Shown one piece after another: positions 1-14,401 of a stretch of DNA of 64,000 nucleotides. The notes below the pieces were generated by a model that saw only the letters and a list, made by a program, of their open reading frames with translations, did not search any database and was not told where the DNA came from. Made by a program: the position numbers and the translations under genes. The DNA is from Octopus vulgaris. Taxonomy: Eukaryota. The stretch spans positions 133,858,001 through 133,922,000 of the forward strand of contig OX597818.1 of assembly GCA_951406725.2 (NCBI GenBank). The letters run 5' to 3'. The stretch's first letter is position 1. Each line of letters starts with the position of its first letter.

Positions 1-1064
1 AAGCTATTAGATTACAAATGAGGATGATATAAAAATTATAATTCTGCATATCAAGAACGTGTTTTATGCTAATGAATATCAAAACTGGATATAAAATCAA
101 CATCATCATTATCACTGTCGTCATCATCATCATCAGCAACACTACTTAAACACATTTCCACTATCCAGGAAATAGTTTAATAGAACACACAAAAAGAAAA
201 AGGAAAGGGGAAAAACCTATAATTTACAATAAATACATTTGTAGTAAATTCTTCAATTTTTTTTTTATTAATATAGATTACCAAAAAAAAATTAAAATAT
301 TAAAAAATAACTTTGAAACCTGGATATCAATAGAAATGTTATTTATTGCAGTAAATCTGTTAATTAATATAAATATACTGCAAAGTATCAGAAATTACCA
401 AACTAGATAATGATCAATTTTTATTTTATTTTTAATTACTCAGTTGACCAATTGAAACAACACAATTCAAGTGACTTAATGAGGAATGAAAATTAGAAAA
501 GTAAAAAGTAAAATGTAAAAAAGAAAATAAATAAAATTAAAATGAAATATAGTGTTTGAATCAATTTATGTTGTTTGAAACAAAAATAAGAAAGAAAAAA
601 AGATTAACCTTAATTTAAAACAATTTACATACTGAAAAATAACTCGTCCTTTGATTATTAAACATTTAAATATTAAATTATTTTGAAAATATTGGTGATA
701 TATTTTTCATTCTATAAATTTATTTTTATTATTATTAATTATTATTATTATTATTATTAATTGTTATTATTATTGTTATTTTTACTTTTATTGTTATTAT
801 TATTATTGTTATTATCATTTTCATTTTTATTATTATTATCATTATTATTATAATTATGAGGCGGGTGGATTAGCAGCGCCATTAGAGTATCAGGCAAAAT
901 TCCTGGTAATGTCTGTTCTGGTGTTATGCAGTTTGAGTTTCAAATCCCACTGAGGCCAAACTTTGTATTCCACCCTTCTGGAGTCAATAGAATTAAATGC
1001 TAATCAGATTCTAAGATTGATTTGATCAACTATCCCCTACCCACTCCCAATTTCAAGCAGTACC

Positions 1065-1800
1065 CATGGAAATTCCATGGTAAATACAAAACTTTTTTGT
1101 TGGTTATAAGTTTATATAGAGCTGTAAAAATTAGTGTTCCCTTATAAATTGTATATTCTGCAATATTTTCCCTTAAAAACACCTATCAGTTCTTCTGGAT
1201 AATTAAGGGAGTATGACTTTCCCATTCTCTCAGCAGTTCAGAGGTTCATTTATAAATCTAAGAGCTTTACAATTTGTTGTTTGTTGGCATCCTTTTGTCT
1301 CGGGAGACAATGGAGTTGTGCATAAACTAATTCAGTCTGATTTTTACGTTTCATGTCCTCTCCAGTTTCCTCTCCAGCTTTGCGCAGGCCTGGACAAGAT
1401 GTAAAAAAATTCTGGGTAGCCCAATCATCAGGATTCCTCTCTCGACATTGCTGACATAGTCCAAAAGAGTGCAGAGCATTACGTTTGGCACCAGCTTGGT
1501 TGCAGGAGCTGCCAGAAGAGTGTCAAGTCGAACACTAAACCGCCTACGGGGCTCCATTCCGGATTTCTTTGAAGGTTGTCTCCTTTCCGTAACCCTGGAT
1601 GGGGGCCCATACCGGGTACTGTCAGCCAGAGCCAGCTGAGCCCGGGACTCATGCCAGGCAGGGTTGTCAATCCCTGAAGTAGTGAAGAAAATTGCTCCCC
1701 ACTACTCACAAGAGCCTTACAATTATTACAGAGAATACTCATGTCACCAATGTTGTAACTTTCAACCATGTGTTTACAGTTTTTTTAAAAATCTTTTTTT
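1065..1800 (-). pseudogene. Decayed Helitron RepHel N-terminal fragment, interrupted by a retroelement
   Basis: NIGDMSILCNNCKAL before the insert rejoins CKALRFINEPLNC*ENGKVILP, then YPEEL and FYSSI*TYNQ..F after it. This resembles the CxxC...CCxxGKV zinc motif and the IRxYN motif of animal Helitrons. Contains stops and frameshifts. Confidence 0.6.
1275..1709 (-). mobile_element. Non-autonomous non-LTR element (probably RTE-derived) with 15-bp TSD
   Basis: Flanked by aagagctttacaatt (1260-1274) and aagagccttacaatt (1710-1724). GC-richer body; minus-strand 3' end cattgtctcccgagac..ggatgcc followed by a caa-type tail. Confidence 0.6.
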
Positions 1801-1966
1801 ATGTTTTCTCTCATTTTCATTTTAAATTCTATCTTGAATATATTTCTGATGCTCCCATGCTTGTTCTAGTGACTCGGCCCTCTGCTTCTCTGTACATCGT
1901 TATCTATACCCTCCATTCTTTCTCTTGTTAGCTTACATCATCTGTCATCCATATTTTATAAACAAA

Positions 1967-2365
1967 CTAGCAGTATCGCCCGGCGTTGCTCGGGTTTGTA
2001 AGGGAAATAACTATATAAGCATTTTTAGAGAGTTATAGCCAAAAAATAGCAAAAAAATGCATTAAAAATGGAAAAAAATGATGGTAAATTTTTTTTTAAA
2101 TCGTTGACTCATCGTAGACATTTTTAGAGAGTTACTTCCTTTATATAATAGCGAAAAAATGCATTAAAATGGAAAAAAATTATGGTAAATTATTTTTAAA
2201 ATCGTAGACTCATCGTAGACACGTGCTAATACCCAGAAGGGCTCGATATGAATCACGACTATAAGATACCCGGTTTTGGTTAAACTGCACTGCAAAATGT
2301 GGGAGTAGTTAGGAATCTAAATCGTAGGAGACAGACACATACAACTTCACTTTTATATATAAAGA
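1967..2365 (-). mobile_element. Non-autonomous Helitron
   Basis: Minus strand starts TC(TTTATATATAAAA) and ends with hairpin cccgagcaacgccggg plus CTAG. Inserted between A and T with no TSD. Internal ~100-bp tandem duplication at about 2020-2220. Confidence 0.8.
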
Positions 2366-2523
2366 TATCAATTTTCAAGCAAGTAGACAATAAGTAATTG
2401 CACTTATACACATATGTTAAGTGTTAGGTGATATATAGAATTTAGTTCAATTAAAAAAAAACAATACATCTTCACTATCCACTCACCACCACCACTATCA
2501 TCATCATTTTCTGTAACAAAGTT

Positions 2524-2734
2524 ACTCTTTTACTCTTTTACTTCTTTCAGTCATTTGACTGCGGCCATGCTGGAGCACCGCCTTTAATCGAGCAACTCGA
2601 CCTCGGGACTTATTCTTTTGTAATCCCAGTACTTATTCTATCGGTCTCTTTTGCCAAACCGCTAAGTAACGGGGACATAAACACACCAGCATCGGTTGTC
2701 AAGCAATGCTAGGGGGACAAACACAGACACACAA

Positions 2735-2765
<31 letters not shown>

Positions 2766-2936
2766 CATATATACGACGGGCTTCTTTCAGTTTCCGTCTA
2801 CCAAATCCACTCACAAGGCTTTGGTCGGCCCGAGGCTATAGTAGAAGACACTTGCCCAAGGTGCCACGCAGTGGGACTGAACCCGGAACCATGTGGTTGG
2901 TAAACAAGCTACTTACCACACAGCCACTCCTGCGCC
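2524..2936 (-). mobile_element. tRNA-derived CORE-type SINE with internal (TA/TG)n (family C), full length
   Basis: Head ggcgcaggagtggctgtgtggtaag..ggttccgggttcagtccc (A/B boxes), CORE-like accttgggcaagtg and (gtaaaaga)n tail. Near-identical copies at 27925 and 41822. Confidence 0.85.
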
Positions 2937-3237
2937 TAAGTTCAGTCTAAGTAGTTATTTGCCAACAGAGATTATCTCAGTTCAGTTCAATGCAGTTTAT
3001 ATCTACTTTTCTTGGTGTTAATACAAAGACTGAATAACATTTTTTTTTTAAATAATAGCTTCCACAGCTATTTTGCTAAGTTATTTCACTTTCATTGAAA
3101 AATCTATCTTTCTATCTATAAGTTTATAATCATATCTAATGTAAGCCTTCCTTCTTCCATCCAGCTATCAATGTATCTGTCGATGTGGATAGATAAACAG
3201 ATCGACAGATAAAAGATATAAAAAATTGAATATTTAA

Positions 3238-3456
3238 CCCTTTAGTGTTCAGATTATTCAATCAAACATAATGTCTATTGATTCCCATTGATTTGAATTA
3301 ATCATGCATTATCTCATATCTTCAAGATCTTGATGGTGTAATTACTTAATGTAGACTAACATTGTAGGGTAGGTGTGAGGGCCTGGATCTGGTCAGTTTG
3401 AACATAAAACAGATTAAATATTTTGGCCGGATATGGCCGGTTTAAATACTAAAGGG
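3238..3456. mobile_element. piggyBac-type MITE (family G)
   Basis: TTAA|ccctttagt ... actaaaggg|TCAA. Homologous to 21376-21595 and 49966-50184. Confidence 0.8.
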
Positions 3457-3521
3457 TCAAGTGTTATTTTCTTGTCGGTTACAATAATATACGATGTTTA
3501 AAATTTCACTCTGCTAAACAC

Positions 3522-3564
<43 letters not shown>

Positions 3565-4334
3565 CTACCTCATACTTCAACAAACTTTTTAACCATATCA
3601 TCCCCTCTTCACATCATTATCATTTCTTTCTTTCTTTTTCTCTCCACCTCTCACTTCCACTAACCACATGATAGCTTAATGCATTAGCTGGCAATAACAT
3701 CGCTACTCTCTCCCCCTCTCCCTCTCCCTCTCTCTCTCTCTTCACTCTCTATTTACTCTTCTTTACCACCAGAACATCACCTCTCTGCTGAACATTGCAT
3801 TCTAACTCTCTTTATATTACTCCCTTTAACTAATTTTTTAACCACGTAATAACTATTACATTCCACTTACCTCAAGTCATTAACACTTCACTTTCCCACT
3901 CTCTCACTCTCGCCTTTCCTTTCAGCCAATCACATGACAGTATAACACATTTTAGCCTTAACATATTAATATACAGATGGTTTCAAAGACACAAGGCTAG
4001 CAATTTTAGGGGAGAGGCGGTCAGTCAATTACATATAATTATATATAAACTCCAGTGCTTTGACTGGTATTTTATTTTGTCAACACTGAAATAATGAAAG
4101 GCTGGGATTTGAACGCAGAGCATAAAAAGTCGGAAGAAATATCAAGTATTTTGTCTGATACTAACAATTCTGCTTTGTTGTTGTTGTTGTTGTATAGGAG
4201 GAGGAAGGGAAGGAGGAGGAAGCATGTTTCTAATAATAGGCATAAGGCTAGCAGCCCGTTCAACATTTTTCATTTGCTACATCATAACTTTAATTTTCAA
4301 AATATAGACTGACAACAGCAATATATAAACTGTA

Positions 4335-4429
<95 letters not shown>

Positions 4430-4543
4430 TGTATCAATTAAATATAAGGATAAAATCTATATAAGATTTTATCAAGTAGCCAGCATCCCTTTCCAGTGTG
4501 TGGCTTTAATTATAGTAACAGCCTTTAATGTAATATACGTATA

Positions 4544-5435
4544 CAAGGGGGTAACCAAAAATAACTGGAAATGTTCTCTGTGGAATAATCCCATTGTAGT
4601 TCAGGCTTCTGCTGCTAGAAGCCACTTGATGTAACTCTCAGACATCAGTCTGCTGACCAGTGTCATCCAGTGGGATCGTATTGCCATGTGGTACATTTTT
4701 GTTTTGTAGTGCTTCTCCCTTGTTCATCAATTTTTGCAGTAGCTGAAACAAAGGAACGATGTGCTTCCATGAAATTCTGTTTTCTGCTGGAGAAAATGGT
4801 GGCTGAAACAGCTGTCATGCTTCAAACGGCTTACAAAGATGCTGCCATGAGCAAAATACAAGTTTACAAGTGGTTTTCATGCTTTAGGAATGGTCACTTA
4901 AAGCTTGAAGACCAACCTTGTTCAAGGCAACTGCTGATCTCCCAAATGAATGAAAACTGCATGAAAATTCATAAACTGATCTCGAAGGACTGTTGCTAAA
5001 CAATTGACAAACTTGTTGATGTGATTGGTGTGTCCTGGAGCTCCTGCCAGCAAATTTTGAGTGAGGAATTGCAAATGAAAAGAGTTGCAGCAAAATGTGT
5101 GCCTCACTTGCTCATAAAAGATCAAAAGCAGTTACAAATGAAAGAACAGTTGGAAGTTGATCCAGACTTTTTTTTTTTCAAAAGTCATCACTGTTGATGA
5201 AAACTGGTGCTATGAAATTTGCAGATGTGGAAGAGGTGAAGAAAAAATTGATAGAGGCATTAAAATGCATCACTTTGCATGAGTTCCAGCACTGTTTTGA
5301 GCAGTGGAAAATGCATCTGGATTGATGCATTGCTTCAAATGGAGAATACTTTAAAGATGAGAAAAGTGTAAACATGTAAAATTAAGTGAATAAAATAACA
5401 TTGCAAAATTCTGATTTCGATTGGGTATCCCCTTC
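4544..5435 (+). mobile_element. Internally deleted mariner transposon
   Basis: TA flanks and imperfect TIR caagggggtaaccaaaa. Transposase remnants ERCASMKFCFLLEK..VYKWFSCFRNG, AKCVPHLL and VITVDENWCY are joined directly to the C-terminal FADVEEVK..CIASNGEYF. Confidence 0.9.
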
Positions 5436-6676
5436 TATACATATATCATCTAAAAAAAAAAGTAAGTTTAAAATGTGAATTGTCAAATCAATAAACAAAT
5501 TCTTCTAACTGGATATTTAAAAGCCCCAAACCTTTTAAGTTTTAAATAAAATAATTTAACAACTGATAATAGTTAACTCTCTTCATAAATCTTAGGTAGA
5601 ATGTCAACCCCTGTACTTGAGTGGTACTTTATTTTATCAGCCCTGGAAGCATGAAAGATAAAGTTGATCTCAGTAGAATTTAAGCTAAGAAAGTAAAGTG
5701 GCATAGCTAAATGCAACAGGATATTTTGTCCAATGTTCTATCAATTCAGCCAAATATATCTATAAAAGTAGCCAAATTAGAGGAGTGCTAATTAGGATGC
5801 CTGATAGAGTGAGATCATGAGTTCAATTATACTGGGGTGACTTTACTGTTCATTATTTCAGGTTCTATAAAATAGCAGTGATAAAATATGGTCTATTCAA
5901 GGGCCTTGCCATAACAAAATTATGGTTGTCTGCCATCATAAGAAACTATCGTTATTTGGTCCAAGTCAACCTACATCAAACAGACCTTGACCAATACCAT
6001 CCAGTAATCTGTCTAGTATTATATTGTGTAAATTAATAAGCCTGCAACACAGCTTACATAGCCAGGGGAAAGATATGAGTATCTTTGACAAAATGACCAT
6101 GCCAGATATGATGGTCCCATTTACATAGAGAGGGCAAAAAAAAATGAATGGTTCAATAGGAAGCAAGAGTGTAGCCTGTTTTACAAGTCAACTAGAGCAA
6201 TCAGAGTTAGGTACCTTTCACAGAGGTAGAACTTAATTCCAATAGCAGGATCCTATAAGCATGTATTTAGAAGTCCAGTATCACAGATTACATCAAATGT
6301 AACATATTTGTATATCATAGACGTATGTTTGGCAAATTAACTTGATACATTTAAGCAAATCTAAATATTGCATATTGGCTTACACAGACCACAATAAAGA
6401 ATGAGAACGCCTTCAGAAATCATTTGTAATTTTTATATATATTGGTGTCTGACAATAGCTAAGCTGAAGTAAAGCCCTAGATTCCTCCTTCAATGTCTAA
6501 ACATGCTTTAGAAAATCTATTTAAAATAATATCCTAGCACTGACCTGTCCTTGGACAAAATAATATATATTTTTATTTACATTTGAGTAAGAAAACATAA
6601 GATATATTTCAATATTGCAGCTGGTGACAAACAGAAATAGACTGAAATTAAGATTTTTAATTACTCATATTACACA

Positions 6677-6830
<154 letters not shown>

Positions 6831-8084
6831 CTCTCCCCCACCTCTCTCTCCTTCTCTCTTCAGGTTTTCAATCAAGAAATTTCTTCTTCATTATTATGTT
6901 TACACTTATACATATATTGAATTAAATGATACATTAGCTTCATGAAATCTGCCTCAACATAGCAAAATACAATTTCTTTTGAGAGCATGGCTGGCCACAA
7001 TGTTTTGTTGGGTAGAGTAGTAGGTAACGAACCAAGCAGTGAGCAGTTTGTCTCTTTTCAATAGTGCTGTTGAGTCAACACCTAAGGCTTCTAACATTCA
7101 CATGACTTTAATGATAATAAATACTAACAGGTAGTCAATACTGAAAACCACAGAAATACTGTAAAATTAGCAAGTTCTACATTAGCTTGTTATTACTGTG
7201 TTCAGTTCCTCCTGTGAGTATAGCATGGAGAAAACTGGATACCCTTTAAATGAACAACCTAAAATGGAACCAATACTAATACCTACGTTCTGGACTGTTA
7301 AATCAGGTGAGAGATAAATAGCCCTCTAGACAGGGAGTTGGCCTATTGCAAAAAGTTTCTCCTGCTCATAGAATTAAATTCAGCACCACAAACAAACAAA
7401 TGACTAATTCAATATTACTGTAGTTAGTTACAGTGAATCACACCTCTCACAATCAAACCAACAAGAGAACTTTTGTATGGTCACTCAACCAGCTAGAAAT
7501 AGAAACCAAATCTCCCTCAAATCTTACAAAAGTACCTTAAAAAAAGAATACTACATTCAACAATGTAGTACTAAGATGCATTGTCTGAATGAAAGACAAG
7601 GCAGACATGACTGAACTGACATATTTTTGACCATAGGTTTGCTACATCAAGGCTAACTTGGGGCTAAACAATAACAACAATCGCAACAAGGAACTCTTTA
7701 GGGGGTCAGTCAATCAGTTAAAATTCACCATCAGAATATAAATGCTATGAATTTAATACATTCAGAAATATAGTAAACCATTCAATGTAGACAGAAATAG
7801 TCTAGAAGGGATATTACCAGAACACCTTTGCTGCACAAAATATCCAGTTGCTTTTTTTTTTTTTTTTTGATTTTTTCTAATACATTTCAATAATTTTAAG
7901 GCAGATAAAACATATATCAAAATAATTGGAAACATGGAGTTTATAAATCAATATGAATTTCAACTTTTGAAATTACACAATGTTTACTTTCAAATTCTGA
8001 AGATATGAAATAATAAAAATCTATATAAACTTTTTTGGCATCACCAAAGTCAATAAACATTGTAAAGTTTCCTTTCATTTTCAA

Positions 8085-8410
8085 CACACATGCACGGATA
8101 TATATGCACACTCATCACACATATACACACACACATATACACACAGATATATATGCACACTCATCACACATATACACACACACATATACACACAGATATA
8201 TATGCACACTCATCACACATATACACACACACATACACACAGATATATATGCACACTCATCACACATATACACACACACATATACACACAGATATATATG
8301 CACACTCATCACACATATACACACACACAAACACACAGATATATATGCACTCATCTCACATATACACACACACACATACACACAGATATATATGCACACT
8401 CATCACACGC
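8085..8410. repeat. 47-49-bp minisatellite (about 7 copies) built from CA/TA repeats
   Basis: Unit cacagatatatatgcacactcatcacacatata(ca)n(ta) is repeated in tandem. Confidence 0.9.
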
Positions 8411-9346
8411 ACTCTCTCTCACACACACAAATATTCACAGACATTCACACACGTACACACAAAAGCAAATAGATAAGTCTTGAATAAGATTTGTCTTTGG
8501 CTATATACTCTAGAATTCCATCTAAACATAGACAAAAGTAAATAAATGATAGAAATTCCAGGCACATAGGAAGAAAGATTTAATTTCAAAATTCTTCCTT
8601 CGTATTTCAGTGAGTCGATATTTTCAGAGAAATTCACTTCAAATATTGACAGTAGATGCTGTATGTTGGCACATTCTAAGATAAGTTTTAAGAAGATTTA
8701 CCCAGCACTCAACTTAAAGTAAATATGGTAAATATATAAAAGAAAACAAGAAAAAAGAAACAGAGACAGGAGACCTTCAGCAGTTTTCAGTCTCATTTCA
8801 GATGCCACAAGACCACAAGTCTGACTTAAATCCGATTTTTGTTTCTTTATTATTATTATCATTTTAAAAAAGTAAACACAATTTCTTTTTTTTAAATCTT
8901 TGGCAGCTAAATAAGTAAGAGATTCAAACAAATGTATAAGGAAATTTAAAGTGGCTTTTCATGCTTCTCAATACATAGGTTGGAGGGTATGTCAAGAATT
9001 ATATGTATCATTGATATGTATAATATAAGCTCTTCATTATTGGCTGGTTGGGGAGAAGTGGGAGATTGTTTGCATTATTTAGCCAATAGTAATAAAATTC
9101 AAAGATACAAAAGAAGCTGATGTAGCTGAAGTGTCTACTGCCGCACATATATGTGGTAATTATTATCAGCTAATCAATAATTTTTAACATATAAGCATAG
9201 TATTAATAATAATAAGGATATCTAAATTTGATAAAAAAAAAATAAGTTTCATATATGTTGATATGGTTTATAAAGAATTGAACCTTCTCTCATGGTATTA
9301 CAGGTACATATTTTAGTGACCCCAGAAAAGAGAAAACTAGAGTAAT

Positions 9347-9347
<1 letters not shown>

Positions 9348-9378
<31 letters not shown>

Positions 9379-9551
9379 TTAGCATCCGCTTTCCATGCTA
9401 GCATGGGTTGGACGGTTCAACTGGGGTCTGTGAAGCCAGAAGGCTGCATCAGGCCCAGTCTGATCTGGCAGTGTTTCTACGGCTGGATGCTCTTCCTAAC
9501 GCCAACCACTCCGTGAGTGTAGTGGGTGCTTTTTACGTGCCACCCGCACAG
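9348..9551 (-). mobile_element. RTE-LINE 3' end (family A)
   Basis: (GAT)n tail and conserved ggttggcgttaggaag.gcatccagc.gtagaaac block. Confidence 0.8.
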
Positions 9552-10145
9552 AATAATTAAATAGGCTCATAATAATAACGCATCATAATAATTAAATAGC
9601 AACACTACACACATCAAGTCTTACAATCAAGCAAGGAACCTCTGTGTAGCTATCTGAACCACTAGTAATTGTACCAAAATCCATTACAAATCACACCCTA
9701 GCAGCTAAAAAACCAAGGACATGTTCTTATCTACTCTAGGCACAAGGCCCGAAAAACGAAGGACATATTGGACAATGTTGTCTTAGATATACAAAAAAAA
9801 TGAAATGGCCATGACTGGAGTGTCATTGGTCATTGATATGTGCTAACCTGGTGTTAAATAACTACAGCAACAGAAACATTGAGTGAGACAAATTTGCTGA
9901 ACTCTCTCCTGTTTCTGTCGTCTACTACCATCTACACTTTCTACAACTTGTTACAAAGGATCTTAAAAGAAATTTTGTGGTGGTGTATATACAAATTTAT
10001 ATAAAGCTGAGAGTGGAGCAAGAGACACTGTTTAATATATACAGATATATTAAAAATGGGCTTTAAGAATTAAATTTATATATATATATCTTTATATATA
10101 TGTATATGTATATATGTGTGTGTGTGTATGTATATATATATATAT

Positions 10146-10308
10146 ACACTCTTGGAGTGGTTGGCGTTAGGAAGGGCATCCAGCTGTAGAAACACTGCCA
10201 GATCTGACTGGCCTGGTGCAGCCTTCGGGCTTCCCAGACCCCAGTTGAACCGTCCAACCCATGCTAGCATGGAAAGCGGACGTTAAACGATGATGATGAT
10301 GATGATGA
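10146..10308 (+). mobile_element. RTE-LINE 3' end (family A)
   Basis: Same conserved block ending in aaacgatgatgat. Confidence 0.8.
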
Positions 10309-11819
10309 TATATATTTTCCTTTGGGGCTGCCCAGGTCGGAGCAATCTCAAGATTAATCAGCCGAAATTGCGAAGATGATCCGGTTCTTGACTGAAGATT
10401 GAAGGCTTCGAATGTCCTGTCCGTGTTTTTGTGTCGTCTTCTAATGTTTCACGTTCTTGTCCCAGTTTGTATATTTTTTTTACTTTTACATATATATATA
10501 TATATATATACATACACACACACATATATATATACACGTACATGCACACTAGTGGTGCATGTGTGGTTGAAATTTGCTTACACCTAAGTGATTTGGGATT
10601 CAGTCTCATTGCATAGTACCTTGGGGTTTTATCCTATTGCTCTATGATGGCCAATACCATGTGAGGAAATTTGACAAATGGAACATGCAGGAAGCCCATC
10701 ATGTGCACGTGTGTGCATGTGTATGTGCATGTGCACATGTGTGCATGTTTGCATATATGCATGCAAATGTAAGGATGACATGAATGTATGAAGATATTTA
10801 TATTCTACACCCAGTCATTGCCTGAACAAAGCTATGCCAGTGTTTATATTCCTTGGCAATATTAAGAAATAAAAATAAAATACTAAACAAGACAAATAAA
10901 CAGGGGAATTACTACCAGGGGTTTGATTGAAAGAGTCTATTACCCAAACAATCTTGCACTTCTAGGTTCTTATAATGTTCACTTCCAAGAAAAGTTGCTG
11001 TCAGACTGAATGAAAAAAAGCTCCATAACCTGAGTTTAATGCTTAACAGTTCATGGGTCTGTAATGTGGTTTTCACTAGCAGCCTATTTTTTGCATGAGC
11101 CATATAACCAGATCCCTTCTCACACAAATCTGCACTTTATTTTTCCCTCATTGCATTTTGCAATTTCTTTAAATCATCTATCAGTTAGTCATTTGCTATT
11201 AGATATAATGTCAAATTCATACTTTTCCTAGAGAAGAAGGGCTCCTCATCACACATTCTGCTCAGATTTTGTTTAGATGTTTCTTTTTTCTTATGATGAT
11301 GACGATGTTGATTATGATTTATAATTGTCTCCCAACAGTTCCCTGCCCATTTTCTTTTCTCATGCTTTCCTGTCATCTTGCAATTATGAGATGGTACTTT
11401 TTGTTCAGGGAGATGGGGGTGCCCAAGTCATCATTCCTTTGTTACTGAGAACAGGATGATATCTGGGATGGTACTTTTTTTTGTTCAGGGAAATTGGGGT
11501 ACCCTAGTCATCAGTTTTTTGTTACTGCGAACAGGGTGATTTTTTTTGCTAATCTCAGAACTACAACTGGTGTTGCTCTGAAAACAGTAGCTTCTGAGAC
11601 CTTGGATATCATTGTTGTTCCCTTTCTTTTTTTCACAGATTTTCCTGCTCTCCTGGATAGAAAGCCCTTGAGTGGCCTTTACTGCTACATGTATAACAGC
11701 GCAGCTGTTATACAAGCCCATATTTTGCTTACAGTCCTTGCCTGGCAGATGTTCAAGCCAAACATCATTCAAGTCAATCTAACTAAACTTATAGACCTGC
11801 AAATTAAAAAAACAACTCA

Positions 11820-12420
11820 CTGTGTGGCACCTTCTATTATAGCCCAAGGTCATCCAAAGCCTTGTGAGTACATCTGGTAGACAGAAACTAAATGAAGCCT
11901 GTCATATATATATATATATATGATGAAGAAAAAGATGTGTGTGTGCATGCATGCATGTGTGCATGCATGCATGTGTGCGTACATGCATGTGTGCATGCAA
12001 GCATGTGTGCGCATGCAAGCATGTGTGTGGATGTGTGTGTCTTTAGGCGGTGAGCTGGCAGAGACGTTAGCACGCCGGGCAAAATGCTTACCGGTATTTC
12101 ATCTGCCGTTACGTTGTGAGTTCAAATTCCGCCGAGGTCGACTTTGCCTTTCATCCTTTCGAGGTCGATAAATTAAGTACCAGTTATGCACTGGGGTCGA
12201 TGTAATCGACTTAATACCTATGTCTGTCCTTGTTTGTCCCCTCTATGTTTTGCCCCTTGTGGGTAATAAAGAAATAGGATGTGTGTGTCTTTGCGTTTGT
12301 ATTATGTTTGTCCCCACTACTGCTTAGCAAATGGGGTTGATTTGTTTGACTAAACCCTTGAAGGTGGTGCCCCAGCATGGCTGCAGTTCAATGACTGAAA
12401 CGAGTAAATGAAAAAAGATA
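11820..12420 (+). mobile_element. Degenerate family C SINE containing a nested family B SINE
   Basis: Family C motifs on both sides of the 12045-12276 insert. Confidence 0.7.
12045..12276 (+). mobile_element. tRNA-derived SINE (family B), 16-bp TSD
   Basis: aggcggtgagctggcaga..gagttcaaattcc head and gcctttcatcctttc.aggtcgataaa central block. TSD ggatgtgtgtgtcttt at 12029-12044 and 12277-12292. Confidence 0.88.
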
Positions 12421-13564
12421 AATTCTGGTAATCTAGTGCTTTATCTATACAGTTATTTCAACTCTGGAAATGAAACATAACTACCATTATATTAGTTTGA
12501 TCACTGGCTTAATAGCGAAGTTCAGGATCTCAGAAATATGGAAAATATTCAACCCATTCCAAGGTATTTATGCCTTGAAAAATAAAACAACAAAAGAAAA
12601 ACTACATGAAAATTGACAAAAATGTCATAGAAACAGAAAATATTTGGAGAATTTATCTTTAAACTGTAGTTTTCAGGTGATAAAATGGAAAGGTATAGAA
12701 TAAAATTAAATTAAATTAAAATAAAAATTAAATATATTAATCTATAAACATTTTCAGTTTTAATTCATTTATCATGAAATTTTAATCTTTCCAAAAAATA
12801 CCTATTTTAACTGTTAAAAATGTATCAAAAATATCAAGATAAATTGATATTCTGAAAATAAATTCATTATTTTTTTCTTTTATTTTTAATTAATATCCAC
12901 CCCACATAAAAAAAAAGAGAAAAAATTGCAAAGTGTAAATGTCAATCCATAATAAATTAATAATATTCATAGATACACGAACAATTTTTCAGCAAAAGGT
13001 AGATTTACACCAAGCAAAATTGATTTTGCTAGAGAAAATTAAATTGAACAAAGTATTTTTTCCTAATTCATTTAACTTACTAAATAAACTTTTCAAATTT
13101 TTACAAGCTGCTTATCATTTATCAATTTTAAACAAGAGTTATCTATTTTAAAAATAGATTTAAAAGAAGTTTTTATGTTTTCATTTGACTTTTTAGTTAG
13201 TTTCTTCCAATTATAAAATATATTACAGTATCAAGCTCTTCACATGGCTAAGCAGCTAAATATACAATTTTGTTTTAAATCATTCCAAGAAAACACACAC
13301 ACAAAAAAAAAGCAGTAAGTCATATTAATTCCCTTTACACATTCGTTAAAGACTCTCATAAATAAGTATGATGATATATAAACTTTTACAGATAGAATGT
13401 TAAATTCAAAGACAACTTTGATATGGATAGTTACTTTTGGATGGACATAGTTAGGACTGTCGAACAAAAATATTGGGAAATTCAAGGAGACTAGCAATAG
13501 TGTCATTTATGCTAATGCATGCCACAATTAAACTCAAATTCTGGCATTCAACTTAGTCTTCTGC

Positions 13565-13805
13565 TTTTTATCTCTTTCTTTTGTTTCAGTCATTAGACTG
13601 TGGTCATGCTGGGGCACCATTTTAAGAGGTTTTAGTTGAACGAATCAACTCCAGGACTTGTTCTCTATAAGCCTAGTACTAATTCTATCGGTTTCTTTTG
13701 CCAAACCACTAACTTATGGGGACTTAAACACGGTTGTCAAGCAATGATGGGGAGGAGATAAACACAGACAAACACAGAAACATATACATACATACATACA
13801 TACAT

Positions 13806-13838
<33 letters not shown>

Positions 13839-13847
13839 CATACATAG

Positions 13848-13899
<52 letters not shown>

Positions 13900-14055
13900 G
13901 TTTCTTTCATTTTCCATCTACCAAATCCACTTACAAGGCTTTGGTCAGGCCAAAACTGTAGCAGAAGACACTTGCCCAAGGTGCCATGCAATGGAACTGA
14001 ACCCAGACTATGCGGTTCGGAAGCAACTTATTACAACACAGCCATGCCTGCACCT
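13565..14055 (-). mobile_element. Family C SINE, diverged
   Basis: Aligns by eye to 2524-2936, with an expanded internal microsatellite. Confidence 0.8.
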
Positions 14056-14401
14056 ATGTTATTTGCTTTTTTCTTCCAGCCAACAATGAACTAGCTTTAT
14101 CTTTAATGAGCCTTACAGTTGCAACTGCATAAAGAAGCAACTTTATTCAATACAATCTACAAAACAAACAGCTGCAAGAAATTCATAAACTTAATATGTT
14201 ATGTATAATCTAGATTTCTGATCCTTATTTTTGTTATAATGGAAATAATATGCATTTTGCCAGCTGCAACAAAATAAAGAAGAAAATCAGTCTTAGCAGT
14301 AGTCAGACTTGTAAACAAATCCCAATACTACTAAATAAGTATCTAGTTCAGATGATCAACTACAATGCCAGCATCTTGTTTTTAAATTTTAAAAAAATCA
14401 A

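Noticed and set aside
10320-10380. ggctg..cagcc-GAAA stem resembling half of a hammerhead
   Set aside because: The CTGANGA box is absent; too degenerate to call.
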